This document shows positions 25,860-36,440 of a stretch of DNA of 64,000 nucleotides, one piece after another. Each line of letters begins with the position of its first letter. The stretch's first letter is position 1. This DNA comes from Alphaproteobacteria bacterium (GTDB taxonomy: Bacteria; Pseudomonadota; Alphaproteobacteria; Rickettsiales; UBA998), in NCBI GenBank assembly GCA_004292675.1, contig RDXO01000020.1, positions 7-64,006 on the forward strand. Direction: 5' to 3'. The notes beneath the pieces are model-generated. The model saw only the letters and a list, made by a program, of their open reading frames with translations. It was not told the DNA's origin and ran no database searches. Both the position numbers and the translations under genes were made by a program.

Positions 25860-26260
25860 ATAAAATAAACGCTTTCTTATAGATTTCATGCGATAGTTAT
25901 ACACAGAAATTTTCTTCCTTCTAAATATAATATATATAAATTTAAAGTAGAAGTAGTTGTTAGTTGTGCCTGTGTTTTATGGGGATAAGTGGTTATCCTG
26001 TGCTTATGCTGAATGTTATGCACAGCAAAAAACATGCTAAGCAACCTAAATGCTTCATTTTTTCTTGATGGTTGTGGATAAGCCAAAATTTACTATCTAC
26101 ATGGCTCAAGATCGTGCATAAACTGTGGATGCGCTGTGGATGTCTGTGGATAAGTCGTGCCTTTTTTTCTATCCACAATGTTATAACGGTTTTTTCCCAT
26201 AGCTTATCCACAGCATGATGCATAAAAAACTTCTTGTTGTTCGTGGCATTAAGGTGTAGG
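25860..26260. other. Candidate chromosomal origin of replication (oriC)
   Basis: An AT-rich tract (CTAAATATAATATATATAAATTTAAAG, 25921..25947) is followed by a cluster of DnaA boxes. There is no credible CDS in this gap. Gene orientation and G/C composition change around it. Confidence 0.65.
26073..26212. promoter_or_regulatory. Cluster of six DnaA boxes (three perfect TTATCCACA/TGTGGATAA)
   Basis: TGTGGATAA 26073..26081; TGTGGATGC 26124..26132; TGTGGATGT 26135..26143; TGTGGATAA 26145..26153; CTATCCACA 26169..26177; TTATCCACA 26204..26212. Confidence 0.8.
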
Positions 26261-26270
26261 ACTATGTCCT

Positions 26271-27386
26271 ATGATTGCCTATATTTTCAAACGACTCATC
26301 CTTATTATTCCAACACTTTTGGGTGTCATGGTGTTGAATTTTGTCATCACGCAAGCTGCACCCGGAGGGCCTGTGGATCGGATGATTTATCAGTTGACCG
26401 TGCAGGATGGCGGTTCTGCAACATCCAATTTCACGGGCAGTGGGCAAGGCGATGCAGGTTCATCGAAAGGGGGTATGATTCCCTTGGTGCAGTCTTATGA
26501 GGGGAAAACGCGCTCATCGCGTGGCTTAGACCCTGAAATGATTGCACAAATTGAAAAAATGTATGGTTTTGATAAACCTCCCTTAGAGCGTTTTATGCAT
26601 ATGATGCAGGGTTATATGCGCGCAGATTTTGGTGAGAGTTTTTTCCGAGATGCACGGGTGATGGATATTATCATTGAGAAATTGCCTGTTTCCATTTCAT
26701 TGGGCTTATGGACGACTCTTCTTACCTATCTTTGCTGTATTCCGCTTGGCATTAAGAAGGCGGTGCGCGATGGCTCACCTTTTGATATTGCAACCAGTTG
26801 GGCGATTCTGATAGGTTATTCCATACCGAGCTTTTTGTTTGCCATTGTCTTATTGATTGTGTTTGCGGGTGGTGAATATGTTCAATGGTTTCCGTTGCAA
26901 GGCATAAGCTCCGATTTACCAGAGGGGACATCCTTGTGGATACGCATCAAGGATTATATGTGGCATATGACCTTGCCTATTGTGGCGATGATGATTGGTT
27001 CGTTTGCGAGTCTCTCGATGCTAACTAAAAATTCCTTTCTTGATGAAATTGGCAAGCATTATGTCATGACGGCGCGTGCGAAGGGCTTACGGGAACGTCA
27101 TGTGTTGATGCGCCATGTTTTTCGTAATGCCATGTTAATTGTAATTGCGGGCTTTCCTCAGGCTCTTATTAAGATATTATTTACCAGCTCCCTATTAATC
27201 GAAGTGATTTTTTCATTGGATGGGTTGGGATTATTAGGCTTTGAGGCGGTAGTGAATCGTGATTATCCTATTGTATTTGGTACGTTATTCATCTTTACGT
27301 TGCTTGGATTGGTGATGAATTTGATCGGGGATATTATTTATATGTTGGTTGATCCGCGTATTGATTTTGAGCGGAGGTCTGTATGA
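26271..27386 (+). CDS. yejB: Peptide/microcin-C-type ABC transporter permease YejB
   Basis: The Opp/Dpp-family BPD permease pattern has the characteristic long YejB insert. The N-terminus is MIAYIFKRLILIIPTLLGVMVLNF. Confidence 0.85.
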   Translation: MIAYIFKRLILIIPTLLGVMVLNFVITQAAPGGPVDRMIYQLTVQDGGSATSNFTGSGQGDAGSSKGGMIPLVQSYEGKTRSSRGLDPEMIAQIEKMYGFDKPPLERFMHMMQGYMRADFGESFFRDARVMDIIIEKLPVSISLGLWTTLLTYLCCIPLGIKKAVRDGSPFDIATSWAILIGYSIPSFLFAIVLLIVFAGGEYVQWFPLQGISSDLPEGTSLWIRIKDYMWHMTLPIVAMMIGSFASLSMLTKNSFLDEIGKHYVMTARAKGLRERHVLMRHVFRNAMLIVIAGFPQALIKILFTSSLLIEVIFSLDGLGLLGFEAVVNRDYPIVFGTLFIFTLLGLVMNLIGDIIYMLVDPRIDFERRSV

Positions 27387-28417
27387 AATTTTCTCCTATT
27401 ACAAAGCGTCGTTGGAAGAATTTTAAGTCTAATCGTCGTGGCTATGTGTCGCTATGGTTGATGGTAGTGGTGCTATGTGTTACGTTGCCAGCCGAGTTCA
27501 TTGCGAATGATCGCCCTGCGTTGATTTATTATAAAGAGGCATTCTATATGCCTATATTTCATTCCTATCCCGAAACGACTTTTGACGGTTATTTTGAAAC
27601 CGAAACAAGATATGCCGATCCGTTTATACGTCAACAAATAAACGCGCATGGATGGATGATTGAGCCAATTATCCCCTATTCTGCCCGTTCGATGGATTAT
27701 GAAGTACCTCGCGCTCCTTATCCGCCATCATCGCGTCATTGGTTTGGTGTGGATGATCAAGGGCGCGATGTGTTAGCTCGATTAATCTATGGGTGCCGTA
27801 TATCATTATTATTTGCTTTTATGCTCTCTATAGCAAGTTCCGTTATAGGGATTATTGTCGGAGCGATTCAGGGTTATTATGGTGGCATGATCGATTTGCT
27901 CTCGCAGCGTTTTGTTGAGATATGGTCGGGTTTGCCGATGCTGTATATGTTGATTATACTCACTACTCTAGTAGAACCGAATTTTTGGTGGTTACTATTG
28001 TTGTTGTTATTATTCTCATGGATGGAATTAGTGGGAGTTGTGAGGGCAGAATTTTTGAAAGTTCGTAATTATGATTATGTCCGTGCAGCGCGTGCGTTAG
28101 GGGTCGGTGAAATAACGATTATGTGGCGACATATCATGCCCAATGCGATGGTGGCGACGTTGACCTATATGCCGTTCATCGTTAATGGGGCGATGACTAC
28201 CCTCACCTCATTAGATTTTCTTGGTTTTGGTTTGCCTGTAGGTTCACCTTCTTTGGGGGATTTATTGTCGCAAGGTAAGAATAATCCTACGTCACCATGG
28301 CTTGGGCTGACTGCCTTTGCTACTCTTTCCTTATTGCTGACGATGATGATGTTCATTGGGGAAGCGTTGCGTGATGCATATAATCCACATAAGGTATTTC
28401 GTCATGACGTTGCTTGA
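27383..28417 (+). CDS. yejE: ABC transporter permease YejE
   Basis: N-terminal ...RRWKNFKSNRRGY... and an OppC-like permease core. It overlaps yejB by 4 nt. Confidence 0.85.
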   Translation: MKFSPITKRRWKNFKSNRRGYVSLWLMVVVLCVTLPAEFIANDRPALIYYKEAFYMPIFHSYPETTFDGYFETETRYADPFIRQQINAHGWMIEPIIPYSARSMDYEVPRAPYPPSSRHWFGVDDQGRDVLARLIYGCRISLLFAFMLSIASSVIGIIVGAIQGYYGGMIDLLSQRFVEIWSGLPMLYMLIILTTLVEPNFWWLLLLLLLFSWMELVGVVRAEFLKVRNYDYVRAARALGVGEITIMWRHIMPNAMVATLTYMPFIVNGAMTTLTSLDFLGFGLPVGSPSLGDLLSQGKNNPTSPWLGLTAFATLSLLLTMMMFIGEALRDAYNPHKVFRHDVA

Positions 28418-29984
28418 AGTAAAGAACCTTGCCATCCAGTTTTATGGATCGTCACAGCCAACCGTAGAACAGCTTTCATTTTCGGTACAAAAAGGCGAGA
28501 CATTAGCGATTGTTGGAGAGAGCGGATCGGGTAAATCCATCACGGCATTATCGATGATGCGGTTGAATCCTGCCACCCATATAGCCGATGGAACGATCCA
28601 TTTTGAAGGTAATGATATTACCAATGCCACACAGTTAGAGCTTTATGCCATGCGTGGCGGTGATGTCGGGATGATCTTTCAAGAACCGATGACGGCACTT
28701 AATCCGTTGCATACGATCACCAAACAGATTGCGGAAACGATAGCATTGCATCAACCGCAGATGCGCGTTGATGAAGTACGTGCGCGTGTGAGGGAATTAT
28801 TGCAAGAAGTTGGCTTAGATTATCTGAATCGAAGAAAAAAACCCTACCCTCATCAATTATCAGGGGGGGAGCGTCAACGTGTGATGATTGCTATGGCGAT
28901 TGCAAATCGTCCTAAATTGCTTATTGCCGATGAACCAACAACTGCATTGGATGTTACAACCCAAGCGCATATTATGGAATTGCTGAAAGAGTTGCAGCAA
29001 AAATATCAGATGGCATTGATTCTGATTACGCATGATTTGCATGTTGTGCGCAATATTGCGCATCGTGTGGTGGTCATGCGGCGTGGTCGTCTAGTAGAGA
29101 GCGCGCCAACACAGCAGCTTTATGAACACCCAAGCCATGATTATACGAAAGAACTCTTAGCATCCACTCATGCGCGTGCGCCCGATACGAAGCCTAATAG
29201 AGAACACATGCTTATTCAGGCGTATGATGTGAGTGTGTCCTATGCAGGCTCAGATCGTTGGACGTGGCGCAAAACTACCCGTCACGTGCTTGCGCCCTTA
29301 TCCTTGGAGGTGGCAGAATCTGAAACGCTTGGCATTCTTGGTGAGAGTGGTTCAGGAAAAACAACCTTGGGCTTAGCACTGGCGCGATTAGTATCTGCGC
29401 AAGGGCGTGTTGAGTTTATGGGGAAAAATCTCTATGATATGTCACGGCAGAGTTTGCGGGAAGTGCGTGCTTCGGTACAATTCGTATTTCAAGACCCCTA
29501 TTCTAGCTTGAATCCACGCATGACAATAGAACAAATTCTTACAGAAGGTTTGACTATTCATGCGCCGCATGTGTCTGATAAAGAACGTCATATGCGTGTA
29601 GTGGATATGATAGAGCAGGTTGGATTAGATCATAGTGCATTATCACGTTATCCGCATGAGTTTAGTGGAGGACAAAGGCAGCGTATTAATATCGCACGTG
29701 CTATGATTGTTCGTCCACGTTTTGTGATTTTCGATGAACCGACGTCAGCGTTAGATATTACCCTGCAAACGCATATTTTAGCCTTGTTAAAAGAATTACA
29801 ACAGCGTTTTGGTTTGGGATATGTTTTTATTAGCCATGATTTGCATGTGATTCGTAGTATTAGTCATCGTGTCATGGTGTTACAGCAAGGGAAAGTTGTC
29901 GAGTCGGGCGATGCTGATAAGGTGTTGATGCACCCTCAGCATCCTTACACCCAATCACTCGTTGAAGCGTCAGGTATGCTATGA
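28404..29984 (+). CDS. yejF: ABC transporter ATP-binding protein YejF (duplicated ATPase)
   Basis: Two Walker A motifs (GESGSGKS twice) and two LSGG(E/Q)RQR signatures. The start is set at [13 protein letters not shown] and overlaps the yejE stop. The ORF track starts at 28356. Confidence 0.9.
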   Translation: MTLLEVKNLAIQFYGSSQPTVEQLSFSVQKGETLAIVGESGSGKSITALSMMRLNPATHIADGTIHFEGNDITNATQLELYAMRGGDVGMIFQEPMTALNPLHTITKQIAETIALHQPQMRVDEVRARVRELLQEVGLDYLNRRKKPYPHQLSGGERQRVMIAMAIANRPKLLIADEPTTALDVTTQAHIMELLKELQQKYQMALILITHDLHVVRNIAHRVVVMRRGRLVESAPTQQLYEHPSHDYTKELLASTHARAPDTKPNREHMLIQAYDVSVSYAGSDRWTWRKTTRHVLAPLSLEVAESETLGILGESGSGKTTLGLALARLVSAQGRVEFMGKNLYDMSRQSLREVRASVQFVFQDPYSSLNPRMTIEQILTEGLTIHAPHVSDKERHMRVVDMIEQVGLDHSALSRYPHEFSGGQRQRINIARAMIVRPRFVIFDEPTSALDITLQTHILALLKELQQRFGLGYVFISHDLHVIRSISHRVMVLQQGKVVESGDADKVLMHPQHPYTQSLVEASGML

Positions 29985-31318
29985 TCCATGATACTATTAT
30001 TGCCCAAGCAACGCCTCAAGGTGTTTCTGGTGTTGCTGTGCTGCGTCTTTCTGGTAAAAACGCCTATCAATGTGCTTTGCTTTTTGTTGAACGTGAATAT
30101 CTAAAACCGCGATACGCTCATTATGTGACGTTGCGGCATCCTCATACAAAGGATGTTTTAGATTATGCCTTGATGCTTTATTTTCCAGCACCTCATAGCT
30201 TTACAGGTGAAGATGTTGTGGAGATTCATTGTCATGGTAGTCGAATGGTGATTCGTTCTATTATTGATGCAGCTCTCATCTGTGAGGGAGTGCGTTATGC
30301 GCAAGCGGGAGAGTTTACGCGCCGAGCATGTGAAAATGGAAAACTTGATTTATTGCAAGCAGAAGCACTTGCTGATTTGATAGCAGCAGATACGCCAAAA
30401 CAGCAAAAACTAGCGTGCCGTCATTTGAGTGGGGCTGCATCACAACATTATATAGAGTTGGAGCGAGCCATTATAGAAGCGCGGGCTTTTTGCGAAGTTT
30501 TTATTGATTTCCCAGATGATGATTTACCCGAAAATTTAGATGATCAAATAAATGAGAAAATAGATTCATGCATCACAATGATTCGTTCAATGTTGGATTG
30601 TGCGCGAGCAGGAAAGCATATACGTGATGGTGTTCGCGTTGCCATAATGGGTGTTCCGAATGCAGGAAAATCCACGCTCATTAATCGCATTGCGGGGCGA
30701 CATGTCGCTATTGCCTCACCTGTAGCCGGAACAACACGTGATGCAATAGAATGCTCCGTGGTGCTGAATGGTGTGGTGTTTCAATTTTTTGATACAGCAG
30801 GATTACGTAGTAGCACAGATGATATAGAAGTGCAAGGAATAAATATTGCGAAAAAACTCGCTTCTCAAGCGGATGTAGTGTTGATTATTTTGGATCAAAC
30901 GCAACCGCTAAAAGAACAAATGGATTCTTTGGATGAAATTGTTTCACGTGAAACAATTTGGGTGGTGAATAAAATAGACGCCTCTCCTCATTTAATGTGG
31001 GAAATGAACGAAAATGTTTCACGTGAAACAATTTTGATTTCATCACAGACGGGCGAAGGTGTAAATCACCTTGTCAATAGATTGATTGAATTCACTACAG
31101 AAGTTCCGATGGAAGATATTTATGTTACGCGCGATCGTCATATAGGGCATCTTAATGAGGCGTTGCAATCTCTTGTGGATGCACATGATGAGTTGCAATT
31201 AGTTCTTAAAGCAGAACATACACTTCATGCTTGCAATTATGTTGGTTTTATATTAGGAAGAATTGATATAGAGCGTGTTTTAGATGCCTTGTTTTCCAGT
31301 TTTTGCATTGGCAAATAA
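29981..31318 (+). CDS. mnmE: tRNA modification GTPase MnmE
   Basis: N-terminal [23 protein letters not shown]1 motif [10 protein letters not shown], and the C-terminal CIGK motif. Confidence 0.95.
   Translation: MIHDTIIAQATPQGVSGVAVLRLSGKNAYQCALLFVEREYLKPRYAHYVTLRHPHTKDVLDYALMLYFPAPHSFTGEDVVEIHCHGSRMVIRSIIDAALICEGVRYAQAGEFTRRACENGKLDLLQAEALADLIAADTPKQQKLACRHLSGAASQHYIELERAIIEARAFCEVFIDFPDDDLPENLDDQINEKIDSCITMIRSMLDCARAGKHIRDGVRVAIMGVPNAGKSTLINRIAGRHVAIASPVAGTTRDAIECSVVLNGVVFQFFDTAGLRSSTDDIEVQGINIAKKLASQADVVLIILDQTQPLKEQMDSLDEIVSRETIWVVNKIDASPHLMWEMNENVSRETILISSQTGEGVNHLVNRLIEFTTEVPMEDIYVTRDRHIGHLNEALQSLVDAHDELQLVLKAEHTLHACNYVGFILGRIDIERVLDALFSSFCIGK
30940..30955. promoter_or_regulatory. parS site 1 (TGTTTCACGTGAAACA)
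   Basis: A perfect 16-bp palindrome matching the canonical ParB-binding consensus. It lies inside mnmE and is read as VSRET. Confidence 0.85.
31015..31030. promoter_or_regulatory. parS site 2 (TGTTTCACGTGAAACA)
   Basis: An identical 16-mer 75 bp from site 1, inside mnmE, again read as VSRET. Confidence 0.85.
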
Positions 31319-31327
31319 GTGTATCAG

Positions 31328-31343
31328 TGTTTCACGTGAAACA
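31328..31343. promoter_or_regulatory. parS site 3 (TGTTTCACGTGAAACA)
   Basis: An identical 16-mer in the short mnmE-mnmG gap. Confidence 0.85.
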
Positions 31344-31358
31344 ATCAAAGAGAGAGAA

Positions 31359-33212
31359 ATGGAAAAGAATTTTGATGTTATTGTTATTGGTGGCGGACAT
31401 GCTGGTATTGAAGCAGCAACAGCAGCAGCACGTATGGGTGCTAGCACGGCGCTTATAACCATGAAATATGACAACCTCGGGGTAATGTCATGTAATCCTG
31501 CTATTGGTGGAGTTGGAAAGGGTACTTTAGTGAGGGAGATAGATGCTTTAGATGGGGTAATGGCAAAGATTGCTGATAAATCTGGCATACATTTCAAGAT
31601 GTTGAACCGTAGTAAAGGGCCGGCAGTTTATGGTCCTCGCACTCAAGCAGATCGTGCTTTGTATCAACAGGCAACACAAGATATGCTGAGTGATTATGAA
31701 AATCTCACCATTATCATTGATACTGCAGAAGAATTATTGAGTGATAAGGATGGAATTAATGGTGTGCGAGGTCAATTAGGAATGTACTATACTCGATCGG
31801 TCGTGTTGACAACAGGAACTTTTTTGCGTGGGCTAATTCACATAGGAACAAAAACCACCCCCGCTGGTCGGGTGGGGGAGTCACGTGCAGAAGCTATGTC
31901 GTGGTCATTGTTAAAGCATGGATTGCAATTAGGGCGGCTCAAAACGGGTACGCCAGCTCGGTTAGACAAACATTCCATTGATTTTGAGCGTTGTGAAATT
32001 CAGCATTATGATGAATACCCCTCACCAATGTCGTATATGAATGATATTATTGATGTTCCTCAAGTGCCGTGCCATATTACGCGCACAACGGCAAAAACAT
32101 TAGAAGTAGTACGGGATAACATTAAGTCTTCTGCCGTATATTCGGGGCAGATTGAAGGTCGTGGACCACGCTATTGTCCATCCATAGAAGATAAAATTGT
32201 TCGTTTTGCAGATAAGTCATCACATCAAATTTTTCTTGAACCAGAAGGATTGACAAGTGATTTAATTTATCCAAACGGAATTTCGACATCGTTTCCAGAA
32301 GATATTCAAATCGAGTTAGTTCATTCAATAGCTGGCTTAGAAGAAGCGAAGATCATACAATATGCATACGCAATAGAATATGATTATGTTGATCCGCGAG
32401 AGCTAAAACATTCTTTAGAATGCAAAAAAATAGCAGGATTGTTCTTGGCAGGACAAATTAATGGGACAACAGGTTATGAAGAAGCGGCTGCTCAAGGTCT
32501 TGTTGCGGGGGTTAATGCAGCGTTAAAAGCACAAGAACGTCCTCAGTGGATGCTGTCACGCACAGATGCATTTATAGGGGTGATGATAGATGATTTGGTA
32601 ACACAGGGAGTGTCAGAACCGTACCGCATGTTTACATCACGATCGGAATATCGGCTTCTGCTGCGTCCTGATAATGCGCACCATAGACTAACTTCGTTAG
32701 GTGCTGAGGTTGGAGTTGTGGGACGCGAACGTTCATTGTTTCACGTGAAACACTATGAATTATATAATCGCACAAAAGAAAAATTAGAAACTAATTTTGT
32801 TACGCCTCATGAATTATTAGAACATGGCATTTCTATGAAGCTGGATGGACGAAAACGATCGTGGTATGAGCTGATGGGAATAGAACAAATATCTCATGAG
32901 GTGCTTTGTACTATTGCTCCTTTTGTCTTGGAGTTAAGTGACGACATGTGTGAGTTGTTAAGAATAGATAGTATGTACCAAAGTCATATTATACGACACC
33001 AATACGAAATTGAACGTATAAAGAGAGATGAAAGTTTGGTTATATCAGAGGATATTGATTATGGTTGCATGGCATCATTGTCAAACGAAATGAAAGAAAA
33101 ATTGATTCGTCACAGGCCGCAGACGATAGCAGAAGCGTCACGCATACCAGGGGTAACGCCTGCTGCATTAGTTGCGCTGTATGCGGAGGTGCGAAAACAT
33201 GAGTTCGCATAG
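31359..33212 (+). CDS. mnmG: tRNA uridine 5-carboxymethylaminomethyl modification enzyme MnmG (GidA)
   Basis: FAD-binding [16 protein letters not shown] plus conserved [11 protein letters not shown] and [16 protein letters not shown]. The start is set at MEKNFDV, preceded by GAGAGAGA. The ORF track starts at 31284. Confidence 0.95.
   Translation: MEKNFDVIVIGGGHAGIEAATAAARMGASTALITMKYDNLGVMSCNPAIGGVGKGTLVREIDALDGVMAKIADKSGIHFKMLNRSKGPAVYGPRTQADRALYQQATQDMLSDYENLTIIIDTAEELLSDKDGINGVRGQLGMYYTRSVVLTTGTFLRGLIHIGTKTTPAGRVGESRAEAMSWSLLKHGLQLGRLKTGTPARLDKHSIDFERCEIQHYDEYPSPMSYMNDIIDVPQVPCHITRTTAKTLEVVRDNIKSSAVYSGQIEGRGPRYCPSIEDKIVRFADKSSHQIFLEPEGLTSDLIYPNGISTSFPEDIQIELVHSIAGLEEAKIIQYAYAIEYDYVDPRELKHSLECKKIAGLFLAGQINGTTGYEEAAAQGLVAGVNAALKAQERPQWMLSRTDAFIGVMIDDLVTQGVSEPYRMFTSRSEYRLLLRPDNAHHRLTSLGAEVGVVGRERSLFHVKHYELYNRTKEKLETNFVTPHELLEHGISMKLDGRKRSWYELMGIEQISHEVLCTIAPFVLELSDDMCELLRIDSMYQSHIIRHQYEIERIKRDESLVISEDIDYGCMASLSNEMKEKLIRHRPQTIAEASRIPGVTPAALVALYAEVRKHEFA
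32737..32752. promoter_or_regulatory. parS site 4 (TGTTTCACGTGAAACA)
   Basis: An identical 16-mer inside mnmG, read as FHVKH in that frame. Confidence 0.85.
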
Positions 33213-33807
33213 TCAAGAATTAATATTATCATATGTTTCACGTGAAACATATGATAAATTGCAGAAATATGTAGAAGAGTTGCTTCTCTGGAATCAGTCT
33301 CTTAATTTAATTTCTTCGGCAACAGTCAACGAAGTGTGGAGTCGTCATATATTAGATTCCGTTCAAATTATCCCATTTCTTGATAAGGCAGAGGTAATTG
33401 TAGATTTTGGAAGTGGTGGTGGACTCCCAGCTATTCCAGTTGCATTAGAGAAAGAATGTACGGTTATTATGATTGAGTCTGATAGGAAAAAATATGAATT
33501 TTTAGCGCACTGCAAAAGGATGCTTCCTTTGCAAAACACAGAAGTCATATGTAAAAGAATTGATGAAATACAGCACCTTAGTGCTGATTTTGCTATTTCG
33601 CGCGCTTGCTCGTCGTTGGATAAATTATGTGGGTTTATGCATAGGCATGTTAGGTCAGAGGGAAAAGGTTTTTTCCTCAAAGGAAAAACAATTTATGATG
33701 AAATAATGGTTGCATCTTCCTACAGGTATGACTATACTCTGCACCGAAGCATCACCGATGAGAGTGGTGTGATTTTAGAAATACAACATTTAAGGAAATC
33801 AACATGA
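33199..33807 (+). CDS. rsmG: 16S rRNA (guanine527-N7)-methyltransferase RsmG (GidB)
   Basis: SAM-binding [12 protein letters not shown], with an N-terminus containing VSRET. The start is set at MSSHSQE and overlaps the end of mnmG. Confidence 0.9.
   Translation: MSSHSQELILSYVSRETYDKLQKYVEELLLWNQSLNLISSATVNEVWSRHILDSVQIIPFLDKAEVIVDFGSGGGLPAIPVALEKECTVIMIESDRKKYEFLAHCKRMLPLQNTEVICKRIDEIQHLSADFAISRACSSLDKLCGFMHRHVRSEGKGFFLKGKTIYDEIMVASSYRYDYTLHRSITDESGVILEIQHLRKST
33234..33249. promoter_or_regulatory. parS site 5 (TGTTTCACGTGAAACA)
   Basis: An identical 16-mer near the 5' end of rsmG, read as VSRET. Confidence 0.85.
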
Positions 33808-34598
33808 CGCGAATTATTGCTGTAGTGAATCAAAAAGGTGGCGTTGGAAAGACAACCACAACAGTTAATTTGGCTACTGCTCTTGCGGCCATCGGAAAAA
33901 AAACACTTGTCATAGACCTTGATCCTCAGGGGAATGCTAGCACAGGGTTGGGTGTGGAGCATCGTGATCGGGTTGTTTCATCATATCATATTCTAATTGG
34001 TAGCGTGACTTTGGCGCAGGCATCGGTTGTTACCTCAATCCCTAACCTGCATGTTGTGCCATCGAATATAGATTTATCTGCTGCTGAGATTGAACTTGTT
34101 CAAGAAATGGCTCGTGAAGGTCGTTTGAAAGCTGCGTTAGAGTCTGGTGCGGATGGTTATGATTATATTCTCATTGACTGCCCACCGTCATTAGGTTTGA
34201 TTACGATGAATGCGCTTGTTGCGGCGCAATCGGTTTTTATCCCTCTTCAGTGTGAATTTTATGCTTTAGAAGGATTGAGTCATTTATTAAAGACTATACA
34301 ATTAATTCAGCGTAGGTTAAATCCAGAATTGGATATATGCGGTGTTGTGCTAACAATGTATGATAAACGCAATAAATTGACGGAGCATATTGAATCTGAC
34401 GTGAGAGGTTTTCTGAAGGAAACTGTTTTTTCAACGGTTGTGCCAAGAAATGTACGTTTGTCGGAAGCCCCTTCTCACGGCAAGCCCGCTATTGTGTATG
34501 ATATGAACTGCTCTGGATCACGTGCATACATAATGATGGCCAAGGAATTATTGCAACGTGAAAAAACTAGAATTTCCTCATCGGCAAAGGTGGCGTGA
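33804..34598 (+). CDS. parA: Chromosome partitioning ATPase ParA
   Basis: Deviant Walker A NQKGGVGKTTT, and DCPPSLG. Confidence 0.95.
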   Translation: MTRIIAVVNQKGGVGKTTTTVNLATALAAIGKKTLVIDLDPQGNASTGLGVEHRDRVVSSYHILIGSVTLAQASVVTSIPNLHVVPSNIDLSAAEIELVQEMAREGRLKAALESGADGYDYILIDCPPSLGLITMNALVAAQSVFIPLQCEFYALEGLSHLLKTIQLIQRRLNPELDICGVVLTMYDKRNKLTEHIESDVRGFLKETVFSTVVPRNVRLSEAPSHGKPAIVYDMNCSGSRAYIMMAKELLQREKTRISSSAKVA

Positions 34599-34599
34599 T

Positions 34600-35604
34600 A
34601 TGATAGCAGCACCAACGAAAGGTTTAGGTAAGGGGCTTTCTGCATTGATGGCTGAAGAATACGGTCAAGAAACGGGAGTTGTTGCGGATCGCTTGGGTGC
34701 TTTGCCGATAGATCAGATTACCTCTGGGGCATATCAGCCTCGTACTTATTTTGATCAAGAGGCATTGAAAGAGTTAGCTGATTCTATTCGTAGCAATGGC
34801 GTGATGCAACCTATTTTGGTGCGGCAACTTCCTGAAGCGCGCAATGGTGCATTATATGAAATTGTTGCGGGTGAGCGAAGATGGCGCGCCTCAAAAATTG
34901 CAGGTTTAACGGAAGTGCCTGTGATCATCAAGGAAATAGATGATCAAAAAGCACTAGAAATGGCGTTGATAGAGAACATACAACGCCAAGACCTTAACGC
35001 CATTGAAGAAGCTGATGGGTATCAGCAACTAATGGATGGCTTTGGTTATACGCAAGAAGAGCTATCCGTTGTTGTTGGTAAGAGTCGCAGTTATATTGCT
35101 AATATGTTGCGTCTTCTTGCTTTGCCGGTGCTTGTCAAAGATATGTTAAAATCTGGCGAGATTACCGCAGGTCATGCTCGTGCATTGTTAAAAGCCTCTG
35201 ATCCTGAGAAATTAGTTCAAGAGATTGTCCGTCGAGGATTAAATGTTCGTCAAACAGAGAATATTGTAAAGGCTGGTGGGTTGCCTTCAAAAGACAGCGA
35301 AGAGTGGGATGGGCTATCTTCTGGTGAAACTATCGTTGTACATCAATCGGACACCGCTTCCTCAAAGCATAGTAAACATAATGATGTGCCTGCCTCGTCT
35401 GTTAAAACTAAATCTCAGCACGCAACGGTTGCTCACCAAGCACCAAAAGATCCCGATATTGTAGCTTTGGAAGAAGCTCTTACTGAGCATTTAGGGATGC
35501 GCGTTGTTATTGATGATCAGGGGGAATGTGGTAGCGTAACCTTGCATTATCGATCTTTAACGCAACTTGATGATATTTTACGCCAGTTTGGAGGGTCGCT
35601 TTAG
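34600..35604 (+). CDS. parB: Chromosome partitioning protein ParB
   Basis: GLGKGLSAL, the arginine-patch box GERRWRA, and an HTH region. The start is set at MIAAPTKGLG; the ORF track starts at 34558. Confidence 0.95.
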   Translation: MIAAPTKGLGKGLSALMAEEYGQETGVVADRLGALPIDQITSGAYQPRTYFDQEALKELADSIRSNGVMQPILVRQLPEARNGALYEIVAGERRWRASKIAGLTEVPVIIKEIDDQKALEMALIENIQRQDLNAIEEADGYQQLMDGFGYTQEELSVVVGKSRSYIANMLRLLALPVLVKDMLKSGEITAGHARALLKASDPEKLVQEIVRRGLNVRQTENIVKAGGLPSKDSEEWDGLSSGETIVVHQSDTASSKHSKHNDVPASSVKTKSQHATVAHQAPKDPDIVALEEALTEHLGMRVVIDDQGECGSVTLHYRSLTQLDDILRQFGGSL

Positions 35605-36440
35605 TGTCCTCGCCACGGATGTCTACACCAATATATCTTCTTTCTGACTCAACGGGCGAAACAGTGAGTGCGGTTGCTCGTGCTGCATTGGCGCAATTTG
35701 CTTCAGTCGATGTTGCTGAGCATCATCATACCCTTATACGTTCTGTTTCACAATTAGAGCGAATTTTGCAAACGATAAAAGCACACCCGGGGCCTGTGAT
35801 GTTCACGTTGGTGAAAAGAGAAATGCGTGATGCTGTGCGCGTCTTTTGTGAGCAGGAGCAGTTGCCCTGTATCTCAATTTTGGGTGGTGTCATTACCCAA
35901 TTAAGTGCGTATTTTGGTGTAGCAACCGCAGCATTGCCAGGGCGACAACATGAGTTGAATGATAATTATTTTCACCGTGTTGAAGCAATTAATTTTGCTT
36001 TAGCGCATGATGATGGGCAGAATAGTTGGAATCTTAACGCGGCAGATGTGATTCTGGTAGGTCCGTCGCGTACCTCGAAGTCCCCTACATGCGTGTATCT
36101 GGCAAATAAAGGCTTAAAAGCCGCCAATGTTCCTTTTGTTCATCAATGTGCATTGCCCGACGCGCTCTTTCAGGCATCGCACCCGTTTATTGTGGGCTTG
36201 TTGATTGATGCGGAGCGATTGGGACAAATACGGCAAACGCGCCTTGAAACATTAGGTGAGAGAAGCGTGCAAGGTTATGCTGATTTTGATCAGATTGAAG
36301 CGGAATTATTTGCAGCACGGCGTTTGTTTGTGAAACAACGTTGGCCTGTGATTGATGTGAGTTTGCGATCAGTTGAAGAAACGACGGCACATATTTTGCA
36401 ACTCTATCGAAAATTTAGGCAGGTGCATCGTGTCAGCTAA
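35604..36440 (+). CDS. Pyruvate, phosphate dikinase / PEP synthase regulatory protein (DUF299 bifunctional kinase-pyrophosphorylase)
   Basis: LLSDSTGET at the N-terminus and the P-loop GPSRTSKSPT. Its start overlaps the parB stop. Confidence 0.9.
   Translation: MSSPRMSTPIYLLSDSTGETVSAVARAALAQFASVDVAEHHHTLIRSVSQLERILQTIKAHPGPVMFTLVKREMRDAVRVFCEQEQLPCISILGGVITQLSAYFGVATAALPGRQHELNDNYFHRVEAINFALAHDDGQNSWNLNAADVILVGPSRTSKSPTCVYLANKGLKAANVPFVHQCALPDALFQASHPFIVGLLIDAERLGQIRQTRLETLGERSVQGYADFDQIEAELFAARRLFVKQRWPVIDVSLRSVEETTAHILQLYRKFRQVHRVS

Noticed and set aside
25886-26223. Two minus-strand ORFs (25886..26086 and 25993..26223), and ORF 26234..26500, in the gap upstream of yejB.
   Set aside because: They run through the DnaA-box cluster and the AT-rich tract, or overlap the yejB start. 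They have implausible composition. The region is better explained as the origin.
34551-34567. A possible sixth parS (ATTGCAACGTGAAAAA) at the parA/parB junction, and a CCACGTGAAAAT half-site at about 42676.
   Set aside because: Each matches only the central CACGTGAAA half of the consensus (about 10 of 16 positions). Neither is palindromic.
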